From the NCBI GenBank assembly GCA_010909165.1, contig MU008176.1, positions 736,856 through 800,855 on the forward strand: a stretch of 64,000 nucleotides of DNA, in the 5' to 3' direction. Below the pieces are notes generated by a model, which was not told where the DNA came from, searched no databases, and saw only the letters and a list, made by a program, of their open reading frames with translations. Within the stretch, counting starts at the first letter, position 1. Every line of letters starts with the position of its first letter. Positions 32,861 to 45,879 of the stretch are shown here, piece by piece. The stretch is from Anthoceros angustus (taxonomy: Eukaryota > Plantae > Anthocerotophyta). The position numbers were made by a program, and so were the translations under genes.

Positions 32861-34175
32861 AAAGCTTGGTGATGAGGCCCGGGTGGTTGTTGGGAGGGCA
32901 TGCCGTTGGAGCGGAGGATCAGCCCCACCGTGAGCGGCCACCAAGTTGGTGCAGGCGTTTTTGTCGCAAGTGCCCTGCAAGCCATTCCGGGTGGCTTCCA
33001 ATTTCCTAACAAATTCTAGTGTCCGCTTGATTTGCACTTCCAAGGTATCGCCACTTGACCGTGACAGGTCTCGTGAGTTGCGGTGGAGCCCAGTATACCA
33101 CGAGTTGACTTGTACTCCTCCATGTGGTGCCGCTTGGATGCGCTACAATTGGGACCCCATATCTCGACGTGAAGGACGCTGCGGACACAAGCATTGAACA
33201 CATCATAATCGGGTGTTGGTGAGGCGCTTGGTGAGCTTGGTCCTCACGGCACGGCACGGCTTCGCAGCGCATTCTTCCTTCCAGAGATGAGCTAGCGACG
33301 GTCAATGTATGTCCATTCCTAGGTATTTGTACTGTTGTGTCACGATGTCTAGCCGATGATGCGGTTGCCATCCTGTGGTTGAAATGTTGGCGTTGAAGTG
33401 CATGGAGCGAGTCTTGCGCATGTTTATAGGGATAGCTTTGGTGTGGCAAAATTCACATAGTACATCGAGTTATACGCAATCCCATTTTTGGTGAGGCCAA
33501 GAGTAAGTCATCGACAAAGAGTAGGCAAGAGACCGTTCATGGCATGGTTGCACCGGATGAATGCCCGTGTGTCCAGGTGTCGCTCGGTCTTCATGTATAT
33601 GCAAAGCAGTGCGGAGTGGACAGCCTCGAACCCGCATTGCTTGAGAATGGTAGGGTTTTCCCACCTTGACTGTCGGGGCAATCGGTAGGCTATCCTGTAT
33701 GGCTCTTATGAGGGTGGTGGTGACCCCACGTGCTAGGTCCTTCCACAGCCCCGCGGAACCTTGTCAAAGGCTTTGAGAAGTCGATGAAACAGGTGTAGTC
33801 GCTGAAGTTGCCTATGGGGATAAGTGTTGTCAAGGTGAGAAGGTGATCATTGCATCCATAGCCTTTCCCGAATCCACTTTGGTGGTGTTGGTCTTGAATA
33901 TCTTGCTCGACAAGATCTCGCAGGCCTTTGTAGATTTTGTGCAAGGCATTTACCATAATTGTTCGATAGTTGTTTGTATCAAATTTGTCTCGGACTTGTG
34001 AATGGCGGAGGAGAGGCGTCCCCCTTGACATCCGATTCTATTGAAGAGTCGTGGGTGGGGTAGAATTATTCTTGGCCTTGAAGTTTCAATTTATTAGTCC
34101 CTCCCGGTCAGGCTTTTCTTGTTTTGAGTCCCAGTGGCAGCCTAATCAACTCTTACGTGAATATGGGGCTCCATC
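32860..34175 (-). mobile_element. Deletion-riddled duplicate of the family B RT region (copy of ~36560-38040)
   Basis: Collinear with 36560-38040 but with many 1-6 nt deletions (DTNNYRTIMVNAL, GFGKGYGCNDHLLTL, FIDFSK). Confidence 0.8.
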
Positions 34176-35802
34176 AGAATGGGAAAAGGACTAGGGGACT
34201 TGTGGTATTGTAGAATGGCTTATTGCTTTCAGATGTGCCAAGACAAGAAGGCATGGTCGACTCAGAGGCAGGTTAGAAACATGATGCAGAGAAAGAAGCA
34301 GCCGACGTAATCAAGAAAGGGAAGTTGACCTGAGGCGCAAAGTGGGTGATCCTCTCGCTTGCCATTGAGAGCCGTTGTATATAAATAATCCATGCGACTC
34401 CACGAGGTTGAGAAGTGCCACAAAGATTAACCCTGCGGATCATCGACCTTCTGCAAGCCAGTGCAACATCAAGCGAGGAATAGTTGATGTCGATCGTGCG
34501 TAGATAGGAGATTGTTGAGGTCCAAGCATTGAAGTCTCCAACCAAGATATCTCCTTGGGGCATAAAACATGAGATCTTGAGAGGTCTTGAAACGTAAAGA
34601 GAGGTTGGCCTCAGCATGCGGAGAACCACGAAGCCTATGAACAAATGACTTAGATGGAAGGATGGTTGAGATCCATAAGACCCTCAAGGAGTCCTTGCGA
34701 TGAAATGAGAGAGAAGATCGAAAACAAGCCACGCAGTGGGCGTCTTGAAGAGACATAATTCACAAAGAGAAAAGGAAGGAATTGGGAAAGGTGGGAGGTG
34801 TCTAGCCGTGTTCGTGAGTTTCCGTGAAAGGAAGAGTCGTGTTCAGCTAAAAGTGGAGCAATCCGCTGGTTGTGCCCATAAAGATCCATTACAATTCAGG
34901 AAGCCATCTGATTGGTGGGCTTTGGTGACCTCATAAGGTGAAGAGGTCTGAACTCGGAGGGCTCTTTGACAATCAGCGATCTCCATGGAAAGGTCTTTGC
35001 CGAGCCTCCACAGCCGCATCAAAGCGCTTGGTCTTCACCAGCTTGGTTAAATCATCTCCTATAAATATCCCGGCCTCGAGATTAGCGGAAGACTTGGAGC
35101 CTATCCGGAGAATGGAAACGGATAAGAAAGGGAGGGGGTCCTTACCCACAAGCATTCGAAAGATATGCGTAAATGGAGCTTTGGCTAGGCGGATATGACT
35201 TCGCGGTGTTCATCGACGCACTCAAGATTGAGGAGTCCGCTCTTGAGATTCAAAATTGCCGCATCACGGCCAAGGCAAGGATGCACGGCAGGGAACCAGC
35301 CCCGCCTTCTCCACTTGTTGCACATTGTTTTGTGATCAGTCTACCTTTTGAAATGGACATCGCAGACCGCGCACTTCTCCTGAAAATTTGAGCTCAAACA
35401 TTTAACTTCCATGAGCGGAAGCTGTGCATAATATCTTGTTTGAAGGGCCGCGTCCTCGTTGGGAGAAGTAAAAACTCGCTGACGTGTCCAACGCTGATGA
35501 TGTTGGAAGGCGTCAATTGAGGCCGCTTGGAAGGTAAGCAATTGCTTATTGAGGAAGCAATTTGTGTTGCGCTGCGAAATCGGCTGGCCCGTGCCTAACT
35601 CCAAAGATTCTCACCAAGTCGTAGTGAGAATTTCCAAGCAAGAGCTAAAGATCTTGGCAAAAATGGACTCAACCATGATATACCTATAGTTGGATGGGAG
35701 CTGAGGGTCACCTGTCTTGAAGATGGAATGGATGTCATTCCAGCACCACTCATCTGGAAATCCATGGACGAAAGCTTCGTTGAACAGCGCAGCCAAGGGG
35801 GG
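34175..35802 (-). mobile_element. Deletion-riddled duplicate of family A endonuclease/ORF1 (copy of ~48900-50580) plus a short RT piece (copy of ~32220-32460)
   Basis: Collinear with 48900-50580 (ILVGDFNAWT; IGDDLTKL), then jumps into the NEAFVHGFPDEWCWNDIH segment also seen at 32220-32460. Confidence 0.8.
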
Positions 35803-38800
35803 AAGGAAGGAAGGAAGGTCTCGCGTCTCGTGGTCTCACACATGGGGAAACCGACGCGCCCCTAGTAGCGGGGACCAACCCAGTGTGTGCTGGGCTTTTC
35901 CTAGGGTGATTCAAGAAATGTCCTGATAAAAGCTAGTGAAAGCGATATAAGAAAAGAAAAGAAAACTAGGGTGAGAGGGGGGAGGAACGGAGAGGAGAGA
36001 GTAATTTAAGAGGGGCGAGAGAGTACGAGGGGAGGAGAAGCAAGGAAGAAGTTGGCGCCCTCCGTGTCGGTGAAGTTGGCATCTCGGCTGTTGGAGTTGT
36101 GCTCCCCGTGCACCTGCAGTGGCGGATTCAGAGGCGAGGCGGTTGCGCGAATGATCGGTGCCGTCGCGAGCAAGAAGCGGGCAAACTTGTCTGGTATTGT
36201 AAGCATGAGGTCTGGTAAGTGCGTGATTGTGGTGACCTCGGGGTGGAGGATGGTACGTTGCGCTGAGACTGCAGGGCAAGCGTAGACGAGGTGTTGCTCA
36301 TCATCTTGGGCGGCAGTGTGACATCGGCGGCACTGGAGGTCTCCCCTTGGGTTTTGGAGGCGGGCGCGGCAAATTTGGAGTTCGTGTCCCCTGGTTCTGA
36401 ATTTGGCCATGACCACCTGTTTGTGGGGTGCTAAGTTGGAGCAGAGGTACCGTTGTGTGACGTAATGCCTCCTCTCATGGATGTTGTCTCTGTAGAAGAG
36501 CTGATCCCCGTGTATCTGTTGGTTGCTCCAGTGCTGATCTATGTACGCTTGTTCCACCATCTTGTTGGTGATGAGGCCCGGGGTGGTTGTTGGGAGGGCA
36601 TGCCGTTGGAGCCAGAGGATCAGGCCCCCCACCAGGAGCGGCCACCAAGTTGGTGCAGGCGTTTTTGTGCTGCAAGTGCCCTGCAAGCCATTCTGTCAGG
36701 TGGCAGGGCTTCCAATTTCCTAACAAATTCTAGTGTCTGCTTCAGTGCTTGCACTTCCAAGGGGTATGCTGCCACTTCAGCCAGCAGAACCGGTCTCTGT
36801 GAGTTGCGGTGGAGCCCCAGTATGCCACGAATGAAGTTGACTTGTACTCCCTCCATGTGGTGCCAGTTGGATGCGCTACAATTGGGACCCCATATCTCGA
36901 CGGCATACAGAAGGACGCTGCGGACACAAGCATTGAACACTGTCATAGCGAGTCGGGTGTTGGTGAGGCAGTTCTTGGTGAGCTTGGTCCTCACAGCCTG
37001 GGCACGGGCTTCTGCCAGGCGCATTCTTCCCTTCCAGAGATGAGCTAGCGGACGGTCACTGTGTATGTCCATTCCTAGGTATTTGTACTCTGTTGTCACA
37101 GCGATGTCTAGCCCGTTGATGTGCAGGGGTTGCCATCCCAGGGTTGAAATGTTGGCGTTGAAGTGCATGGAGCGAGTCTTGCGCATGTTTATAGGGATAG
37201 CTTTGGTGTGGCAAAATTCCTGTAGTACATCGAGTTGCTTCTGCAATCCCCATTTGGTCGTGGAGGCCAAGAGTAAGTCATCAGCAAAGAGTAGGCAAGA
37301 GACCAGAAGTTCATGGCATGGTTGCACTGGATGAATGCCTGGTGTTGTGTCCAGGGTGTCGTTCAGGGTCTTCATGTATATGCAAAACAGGTGCGGGCTG
37401 AGTGGACAGCCCTGCCGAACCCCCGCATTGCTTGAGAATGGTAGGGTTTTCCCACCTTCGGCCTGTATCCGGACTGAGCAATGCTGGTAGGCTATCTGTA
37501 TGGCTCTTATGAGGGTGGTGGTGACCCCCGCCGCAGCTAGGTCCTTCCACAGTTGTGCCCGCGGAACCTTGTCAAAGGCTTTGGAGAAGTCGATGAAACA
37601 GAGGTGTAGTCGCCTGCGAGTTTGCCTATGGGACTGGATAAGTGTTGTCAAGGTGAGAAGGTGATCATTGCATCCATAGCCTTTCCTGAATCCCGCCTGG
37701 CTGGTGTTGGTCTTCAGAATATCTTGCTGGAGCAGCAAGATCTCGCAGGCCTTGCTGTAGATTTTGTGGTACAAGGCATTTACCATAATTGTTCGATAGT
37801 TGTTTGTATCAAATTTGTCTCCAGACTTGTGAATGGCAGAGGAGAGGCTACGTCCCCAGGCCTTCGGCAGGCATCCGTCAGCAAGGATTCTATTGAAGAG
37901 GTCGGCCAAGGTGGTAGGTCAGACTGGCCGCCTTGAAGATTTCAATTTATTAGTCCCTCTGGTCAGCCTTTCTTGTTTTGAGTCCCAGTGGCATCAATCA
38001 ACTCTTCTGTGAATATGGGGGCTCCATCGAATGGGAAAAGTGGGAGCTGCTGTTGGTGCACTGGGTCCGATGATTCGTATAGGGCCCGTCCATGCATATA
38101 CCATATTTGCGGATCTCGAATGGGGTTTGAAGTCCTGCGGTTCTGTAGGATTTGCCAGAATAGGGCAGGCTTGTTGGCCAAGTTGCGTGCCATACAGTAG
38201 TTTTGCCTTAGGGTGAACGCCCGCTTCCGCACCCGGCATGCCTGCCGGTAGTCTCTCCTCGCCCTGAACAACAGCTCCTGGTTGTCGGGGGCATTATCCA
38301 TCAGGGACTGAATGCCTCGCCTTTTCAATGCGCACATCCTGTTGAACCACGCTGGTAGATTTGTCCATTTGGCCGTCTTGTGCTGTGGTTTGGTCACGTG
38401 AGCGCGGACGAGTTCCCTAACAATCCGTTGCAATTTTCCAGCTGTTATGCCTCGGTGGTCCCCTGTGAGTGTCCGGAGCTCAGCTTCCTGGTTGAGTCGA
38501 TTGTGAATTTCTTCCGCGAACTTCTTTCGCCCCTTGGCTGAAAGTCGGTGAGCCCTAGGATTCCGGGATTTTGGTTTCCCTATGGGCTCTCTCTCCACTT
38601 GCATATGGAAGCTGACCCTCAGTGGCCTGTGGTCGGAGCCATACATGCTCCGACCAATCTGGAAGCTGGCAATGCGTTCCAATTGGTCCCAGGGCACACA
38701 AAGGTAGTCGACTGTGCTCTGCCTTAATCTTTCGTTTGGAGTCCCAAGGGAATGGCTAGCAAGGTTCCATTCCGTGAGCTCATGAAAGGTGTGCTTCCAC

Positions 38801-41800
38801 GAGTCCGGGAAGCGAGACAACGCATTGCAGATTGTCATTTGAGCTGCCTGTAAGAATGGGAGGAAGAGCGTGGTGTGGCCCGTCTCCAACTGGTCTTCTG
38901 ATTTGCGGTGTAAGGCCATATCTTGTACCGAGAGTGCTCCCGCGGTTGGGGTTGTCTGTCTGCCCGCCGTTCTTGTGTTGCTATCCAGCATCAAGGCGGT
39001 CGTGCCTTGACCTTGGCAGTTGTGGATTTCCCTACTCAGTAAGTGTAGTAGGGAGGCGGGTGTGCAATGGTTATATACCTTGCTACTGGCTGGAGGGAGG
39101 TAAGCAAAAATGAGATATATTGCAGATATGGGGCCGCGAATCCTCACGGTTACAAAGTTTGGTCCCTGGGAGACTAGTGAGACTGCCTTCTCCAGCCTCC
39201 TTCGCATTAGTACAGCCACTCCGCCCGAGAAGCCTCTTCCAGCTCGCATAGCAGGGACTTCAAAAACTGAGACACAATCCGGCCAATCTGTTTGGGTAAG
39301 ATCCTTAGTTCCTGTCTCTAAGATACCATAGATGTCCACTTCTGCAAATCGATCCATGACATCTTTCACCTTTTGGCTGCTAACCTTCTTGATGTTCCAG
39401 CAGATGATGTGGAGAAGCATCCGAAGTATTCGAGGCTGACGTTGAGGTTTGCTACTGAATGCAGTCGGGTCCGGCCTCGCCATCTGTAATTGCTATCCAT
39501 CCATCCTGGCAGGCAATAGCCGCCTCCGCCCGGGGCCTGGGGCCGCTCAGTCATAAACTGGTAGTCGACGTCCTCCATGAAATTGATCTGGTTGAGTGTC
39601 TTCTTCTTTGCCATCTGTCGCATCTTGTCGGTGAGCATTTCGTGTGCCAGTTCCTTCTTGTTAAACTTGACGACGAGATGCCTCGGGAGGACCTGCCCCT
39701 CCGGCAGGGGGTCGCTTGGAGTGTCAGTAACCCTGGACCATGCAGCACGTCGCATCGGGCACCGCCAAGCGCCGAAGATATCTGTGGGCTCGATCCCAAA
39801 GTGTTTGTTCAGCCAGAGGCGCACTGTCTTTATGGCCAAGTATGGGTTCCCTTCTTCCTCAACATACTCCCAGAACCCCACAATCCGAATGTTGAAATCC
39901 CTATGCATATCTGCACTTTCTCGGGCCCAAGTGTGACTGGTTGGGTCGAGGAATCGGTGGAGATCGGTCGCCATGTCCTTGTACAACGTTGGGATGTTGA
40001 AGGCTCCGCGTGGCAGGGTGAGGTGAGGTGGCGTGGCGAGGTCGCCGTCTCGATGTTCTCTGATACGGAGTGGAGTCGCCTTTGGCGTCGTGAGTATCGG
40101 CGAGTCAACCGCCGAGCCGCCACGTGCACGGAGGAGGCCGAATAATGAGTCCAAAATCGAGGGTGAGCCGGCCCAACCGCGTGGGGAATGTGAGGGATAG
40201 GAGAGAGTTGGGGGCGGATCGTGTTGGTGAGAGAGGTCCCGATCTCTATGGCCATTCGTGCTACCTTCTGTGGTGGGGGTGCCGTAGAGTCGAGTGTGCG
40301 CTTGAGTGGAAGAATAGCGCCGAGGTCCTCGGGTGTTCGTCCTTGGAATTTTTTTATGTCATCACGGAGGTCCATGCACATCTTGCGCAAGGTGTTCATA
40401 TTGGTCGCCATGTTAGTCTGACTGCGGCTGAGAACATTCACGGATTCCTGAAGGCCTTGCATCTTCCCAATGGTGCCGTCTGTGTCGGTTTTCATTGCGA
40501 ATGTTGCGAGGTAGAAGGTCTCCCGTTGTTCAATCTTGTCTACCACGTCCATGATGTTGGCTTCGACCTGGGCGATGTGAGCTTTCAGACGGTCCTGGAG
40601 TTCCTCTTGAATGTTGCTGATCCTGGCCTCTAGTCGTTCTCGAATGTCATCCCGGGCGGTCTGTATTTTGTCCGCGAGATAGGTGAGCGTCCGGGCGATG
40701 TCTTTGCTGGTGGCAACTTCCGTGTGTGTCGCTGTGAGGTGGAGCAGGCACGGATTGATCATGAGCAGGGTCTGTCCGTGGAAGTGTGTCCCATGAAAGC
40801 CACGGGAGGACTTCTCCCATGTCTCCACTTCTTCGGGGATGGGTTGGGTGTCCTGTAGTCATGCCACTTCTTGTGTGAGCTGTAGATTGGAGGCAAGTAA
40901 GTGGGGTAGTGAGGGATTGGTGCTATACCGTGGCCGCATGCGTTAGTGCATCCGCAATGTTGGTTACGAGCTACTCATTGGGAAGTCAGGAATCCATCGT
41001 CGTGATCCAGTGCTGTCTCCATGTTCACCGTGCTCGGTGTCGATTCCTCCGGCCTGGAGTCTCCGCCACACGGGCGGTGGTCCATGGTAGCCGGGTCATT
41101 AGTCAAGGCGTCTAGAACCGAGATTGCGAGACATCTGGGGTCAGGGGTGTGGGTCTTAAGGGGGGGTGTGAGGGAGTGCCTCCGGTGTGAGTGTCCGTCC
41201 TGGTTTGTATTGGGCGGGGGTTAAGTTTGTTCCCAAATCGTGACATCAGGACGTGGTGGTAGTAGTGGAGGCACCACTCTAGGTCCGTGTCCCTCTGCTG
41301 GAACATCATTGTGGTGTGTCTAGCTTGGTCAGATCCTGCGTGGGTTTGTGTCAAGGGTGTCGGATTGTGAGTGGGGGTCGTTCGTTGTGGTTGGGCTGCG
41401 TTATGTGTTCGAGTGGTCATGTTTTCTGGTTGGGCGATAATCCATTGGCGGTGGGCGAGTCGTGGGTTGGGTTGGCAGTGGTTCGATCTTGGCTGGGGTG
41501 ATGTAGAGGGTAGACGTGGGGAAAAACGTGGGAGGAGGCTCCTGGCTGATGGGGTCGGTTGTAAGTGTCTCTGTTGGAGGGCGTCCTTGTGGTATGGTTT
41601 TCGGTCTAGTTTTGGAGCTGCATGCAATGCTGGGTCCCTGGGGTAAGCCTGCCCTTATCTAGTTCGCATTTGCAGTCCTGGCACCTATTGTATGGCCCCC
41701 ACGAACCGACCCGGGTCCCAAGGCAACACCAGAGTGTTCAAAGGGAGACGGGGGTGGGGCAGGGAGTACTGAGAGGTTTGGAGTGTATTTGGGGTAGTTA

Positions 41801-42470
41801 TAGGTAACCTGGAGTGCTGAGAATGGGGTGAGGGAGGAGAGGGCAGGGGGAGGTCGGGGAAGGGGGGCCACTTCCCCCACAATTGCCATCCTGAGACATC
41901 AGACGCGGGAGGTGTCCCGTATGCCATATGGGTATTATGGACGTGAGTTCCGCCTGGTTGACAACCGGTGGTTGCGTGCAAGTCGGGTTTGTATTTCAGA
42001 CGCCGTGGCCGGTATATGCATGTCATGAGGGTCAAAAGTGCGTGTCTAGGCGTATTCCGGTGCTTGTGCCGTCAGGAGTCGTGGGTGGGTACAATTCTCG
42101 TGACTTAGCGGTCGGTGTTTAGCGTGGAATTTCGTGCTTATCGCACGTGGCGGTCGTAGTTCCCCCGATGGTTGGAGCTGTGTCCTAGGTATTGTGCCGT
42201 CAGGAGTCGTGGGTGGGTACAATTCTCGTGACTTAGCGGTCGGGTGCTTAGCGTGGAATTTCGTTGTGCTTATCGCACGTGACAGTGCACGGTTCGCTGC
42301 CGATGGTTGGAGCTGTGTCCTGGGTGCTTGTGCCGTCAGGAGTCGTGGGTGGGTACAATTCTCGTGACTTAGCGGTCGGGTGTTTAGCGTGGAATTTCGT
42401 TGTGCTTGTCGCACGTGACAGTGCAGAGTTCCCTGCCGATGGTTGGAGCTGTGGCCTGGTGGTGTGGGAG
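35801..42470 (-). mobile_element. Near full-length non-LTR retrotransposon family B (ORF1 coiled-coil/RRM-like, ORF2 APE endonuclease plus RT, (CCTT)n tail)
   Basis: ORF1 40828-39366 (heptad-rich; NIRIVG, PRHLVVKF). Endonuclease 39483-37963 (CWNI, ILETG, GGVAVL, YLPP, LDSN, TVDY, SDHRPL). RT 37909-36620 (QAGFR, DFSKAFD, GVRQGCPLSP, LLFADD, YKYLG). C-terminal CRRC...DDEQHLVYAC at 36686-36006. (GGAA)n on the plus strand at 35801-35818. One or two frameshifts. The 5' limit is uncertain. Confidence 0.92.
42059..42460. repeat. About three tandem copies of a ~130-bp unit upstream of family B ORF1
   Basis: gtgccgtcaggagtcgtgggtgggtacaattctcgtgacttagcggtc restarts at ~42066, ~42196 and ~42330. Confidence 0.92.
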
Positions 42471-42649
42471 GTGTGTTAGTGGGTTCCAAACCTCAAGTCG
42501 TAGCGATGTCGATCCCCCCGAGACAACCCGGATGGGGCGTCATGTGGGGGAGTGCAGGGGTTGGTCCCATGGGGTCGTTATCCGGATGACCAAGCCCTCG
42601 AGAAGTTCGTGAAGCTAGGTTGGAAGTACATCGACGAGGGCGCCAGGGG

Positions 42650-45280
42650 GGCCAAGCTGAAGTCCTAGGGGCTTGTTTGACAGTCCGAAAGGGGGGTCCT
42701 TGGAGTGAGGAGGAGACAAATGCCCTAATCGAGGTGGATGAGCTCTCGTGTTCGTACCTATGAAATGGGGCATGAAATAGTCCCGAGGGTACACAACCTT
42801 ATTGTCATAGATTGGGTACTAAGGAACCAGCGGAGTTGAACGGGCTAAGATGACTAGGGTGAGTGCCCACGGTGGAGATGAGCGGACCGGGAGGCGTGCT
42901 CGCATCTCGGGAGGAGGTGTAAGGGGGTGTAGTGTGTTTAGCGCACGCTTTGTATATACTTAGTGTGAATGATGATGGTCCAGACTGTCTGAGGTGGTAT
43001 GTGGGGACGCTGTTCCGGCAGCAGAAGTCTATAAGTTGCAACAAGGGGATGCATTCGGTACATGCCCCAGTGGTTGAGTCCGGTGGAAATTGGTTTTGTG
43101 GTTGAGGCCGCGCAGTCGGTTCTGGCCGAGGCCGGCTATCGGGTTCTGCTAAGGGGCGGCGTGGGTGGTTGTGTGTTGCGTGGACAGTCTGGGTGCATTT
43201 GGAGGTCTGTGAAGAGGCACAAGATCCCTAACCTCGTTCCCGCGGTGATGGGAAGGAGGTTAGGGGTCTTGTACCCCTGGGCAGGTCCCAACTTCCGTGA
43301 AGCAACAAAAGAAGCAAGCCACGATGAGGGTAGGGTTATAAGGGGTTGTCGGCATGTAAAGTGAAGCAGGAGGGCTCCTCTCTGTCTGGGCATGGACGGT
43401 GGCCTGGGGTAGGGGCACTCCACAAAGATGTTCCAAGGTGGACTGGGCATGAATGTTATCGGCCCCACCAGTCTTGAGTCTTGTCTTACATCGCCAGCAG
43501 CGGACTGGCAGTAGTGGAACCTTAAAAGAGGGACACCCTGAAGGTATATGAACACTTGGGAGACAAGTATATGCTACCATACCACTCCGAGCCAGGTTTG
43601 TATGACGTCCCATCTATGAAGTCTATGTTGTTTCTGCACTAGTTTGATTGTGTTCTGATATCCTATATCTTGTCTCGTATGCTTGCACACAGTTGGCTAC
43701 GCTTATGTACGAGTCAGTCTGTGATGTGTCGACCAATACTACCATAGCGCTGGAAAGCCCAGGTGATGTCTTCAGCGCTAGTAGGAAGTGCTACACAAGC
43801 GCAGCAGCAAGTTTGAGGTATTAACCCACATGTTTCACCGTATTGTTGCTTTGGAGTGTGATATCTGATGTGGCACTCTTCTCCTCCGTAGAAAAGGTGG
43901 AACTCTTTCTCCGTCTAAACGTCGAGAATGTGGGAGCGGTTGGGTCAGGAACTAGGAAGCTGGTTGGAATTGATGACAACAGTGCGGTGTCGTCACAGTT
44001 AGCCATCGCTGATAACGTGCTAGCTCTTGTCCTTGTCCCTGCTTAGATGACTGGAGGAGCTTCATGTACTCATAACTGTAGCAACGTTGCAAGTTGGTCG
44101 TTGCTATGGATAGGAATAGTCGGAACTTCTGGTCATACCGCATGAGTGATTACTGCTTTTTGCGTGAGTTATCGTTTCTGCTTGTTAGCTTGTGCCTTCG
44201 TCTAGTTGCGTAAGGCCCTAGGTGAATGCATGACTACATAGGCTTTCCAGAAGGTTTGCTCATTGCTGGTCGGCACGTTGATGTCCAGTTTGTATATAAT
44301 CGATTCCGGTAGGGAGATGTGGGCTTGTTACCAAAGAGGGGAGATGTTCCATTGCAGCACAAGCTCGGCGCCGGCTCTCTAGCCATTTCTATCCTTCTGC
44401 AAGCTGCTGTATTGCCTAGGAATGTAGAAGCAGCGAGTGTGGAGTTCATGGGAGGACAATATAGGAGCGGACCGAACATTCACAATGGATCTCCTGTGTG
44501 TCTGGCAATTTGGTCCGTGTGTCCTGTCTAGGTGATATCTGATGTGGCCTAGTGACCAAATCTGCTGCCGCTTCCCAAACTCTTGTCGTGGGTATCACTC
44601 TGCCATGGAGGTGCCCAGACGCAGAGTGCCTCGAGATTCTAAACCCTTGGTTGACATAAATTGTGTTCATCCTCTGGCATATGTCGTCACATAAGCCACC
44701 TGACGGGAAACAAGAATTGATGTTCATAACATTCTGTGTGGACGCTGTTGACATCGCTGTCTCGAGGGGGGTTAGGCTAGACATCTTCACTACATATAGC
44801 TGGGGGGAAGAGGGACCAGGAATGCTCCACATGTCCATCCCACAGCAAGGGGTCAAGGAGTAGGGTATGGGGGAGTATCCATTGTTACGCAGCAGTTTGG
44901 AGGTAGGATGCACGGTACGACCAACACCCATGTGTAGGGTCTGGACATACTCCAGACTATCGTGGGTGATCCCGTGGTGGCATTGAGGACCACTAGTTTC
45001 CAGTTGCCGGATTTCCAATTTTCAGCATGTATCCCTAGTTGCTGGATTTCCAGTTCTCAATATCGGTTCCCAGCAAGAGTTCGGAGTTGCTGGACAATAG
45101 GCATCCAACTTCATGGTCAGAGCAAGCCCTCTGGAATGCTGGGACCATGGAGAGGGCACCGCGGCATTCCCTCTGGAATGACGGAGACGCCCAGCACGGA
45201 CGGGAAGGCATGAAACAATTGATGTGAGTTGGAGTGAAGTGGATGTGACGTAGTTGGTGGGTGTAGGAGGGAGCGTGAGT
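42650..45280 (-). mobile_element. Highly decayed third LINE (family C, L1-like RT plus C-terminal zinc-binding remnant)
   Basis: Remnant motifs appear in the expected order on the minus strand: NQGFR (~44640), CDDTALLSS resembling RT (F/Y)ADD (~43990), and VRCWRC...STLEH/IFVECP across a 1-nt frameshift (~43500-43415). Confidence 0.5.
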
Positions 45281-45289
45281 CCCTAGCAT

Positions 45290-45860
45290 GCAACTTCCAG
45301 TTCAGCATATTTGACATACATGTCTACGAGGTAGGTGCACACCACTATGGCATCCGGCAGTCCTCATGCAGCTGCTTCCTCTTCTGTAGGGTGCCAGTGC
45401 CCAGCGATCAGCACCATCCATGTCACCACTTTTCTTGGCCATGCTTCCAAAGCGTGGTGTGCATCTGTCAGTTGGCCACATTCCGCCCATAGGACTGCAT
45501 GCTGCAAGAAGGCAGTAAAAAGTAGCACCATCAGGCTGAACACCAGCAATTAACATCTCCTGCAAACGAGCCAATGCCTTGTGGCCATCATCATTAGTAC
45601 CACACCCACACATGAGGGCGTTACAGGTCACCATATCCTTTAGTGTTCATGCTATCGAAAACATGGCCTGTGACCTCCAGTCCACCACTCTTTGTATACA
45701 TCTCCACCAGACAGTTCCCCCACTAGTCCACTGTCCCGCAGTCCTCCTTGCTAGATCTGTGAGAGATGATCCCTGCCTGTCTGGAGTCACATCCATGGAC
45801 TGCTTGTATGTGGTATGTGTATCCATATATCCCGGTGTATCTGCCAAGGTGCTGATAGAA
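45290..45860 (-). pseudogene. PLS-PPR gene remnant
   Basis: GNCLVEMYTKSGGLEVTGHVFDSM, VTCNALM...ALARLQEMLIAGVQPDGATFYCLLAACS and LVDMYVK occur across frameshifts. Confidence 0.75.
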
Positions 45861-45879
45861 TCCCAGGAGTTCAAGTTCG

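Noticed and set aside
42059-42460. Possible CRISPR-like array
   Set aside because: Units are full-length tandem copies with no unique spacers, no cas genes are present, and the context is eukaryotic. The same applies to the arrays at 10880-11310 and 51170-51700.
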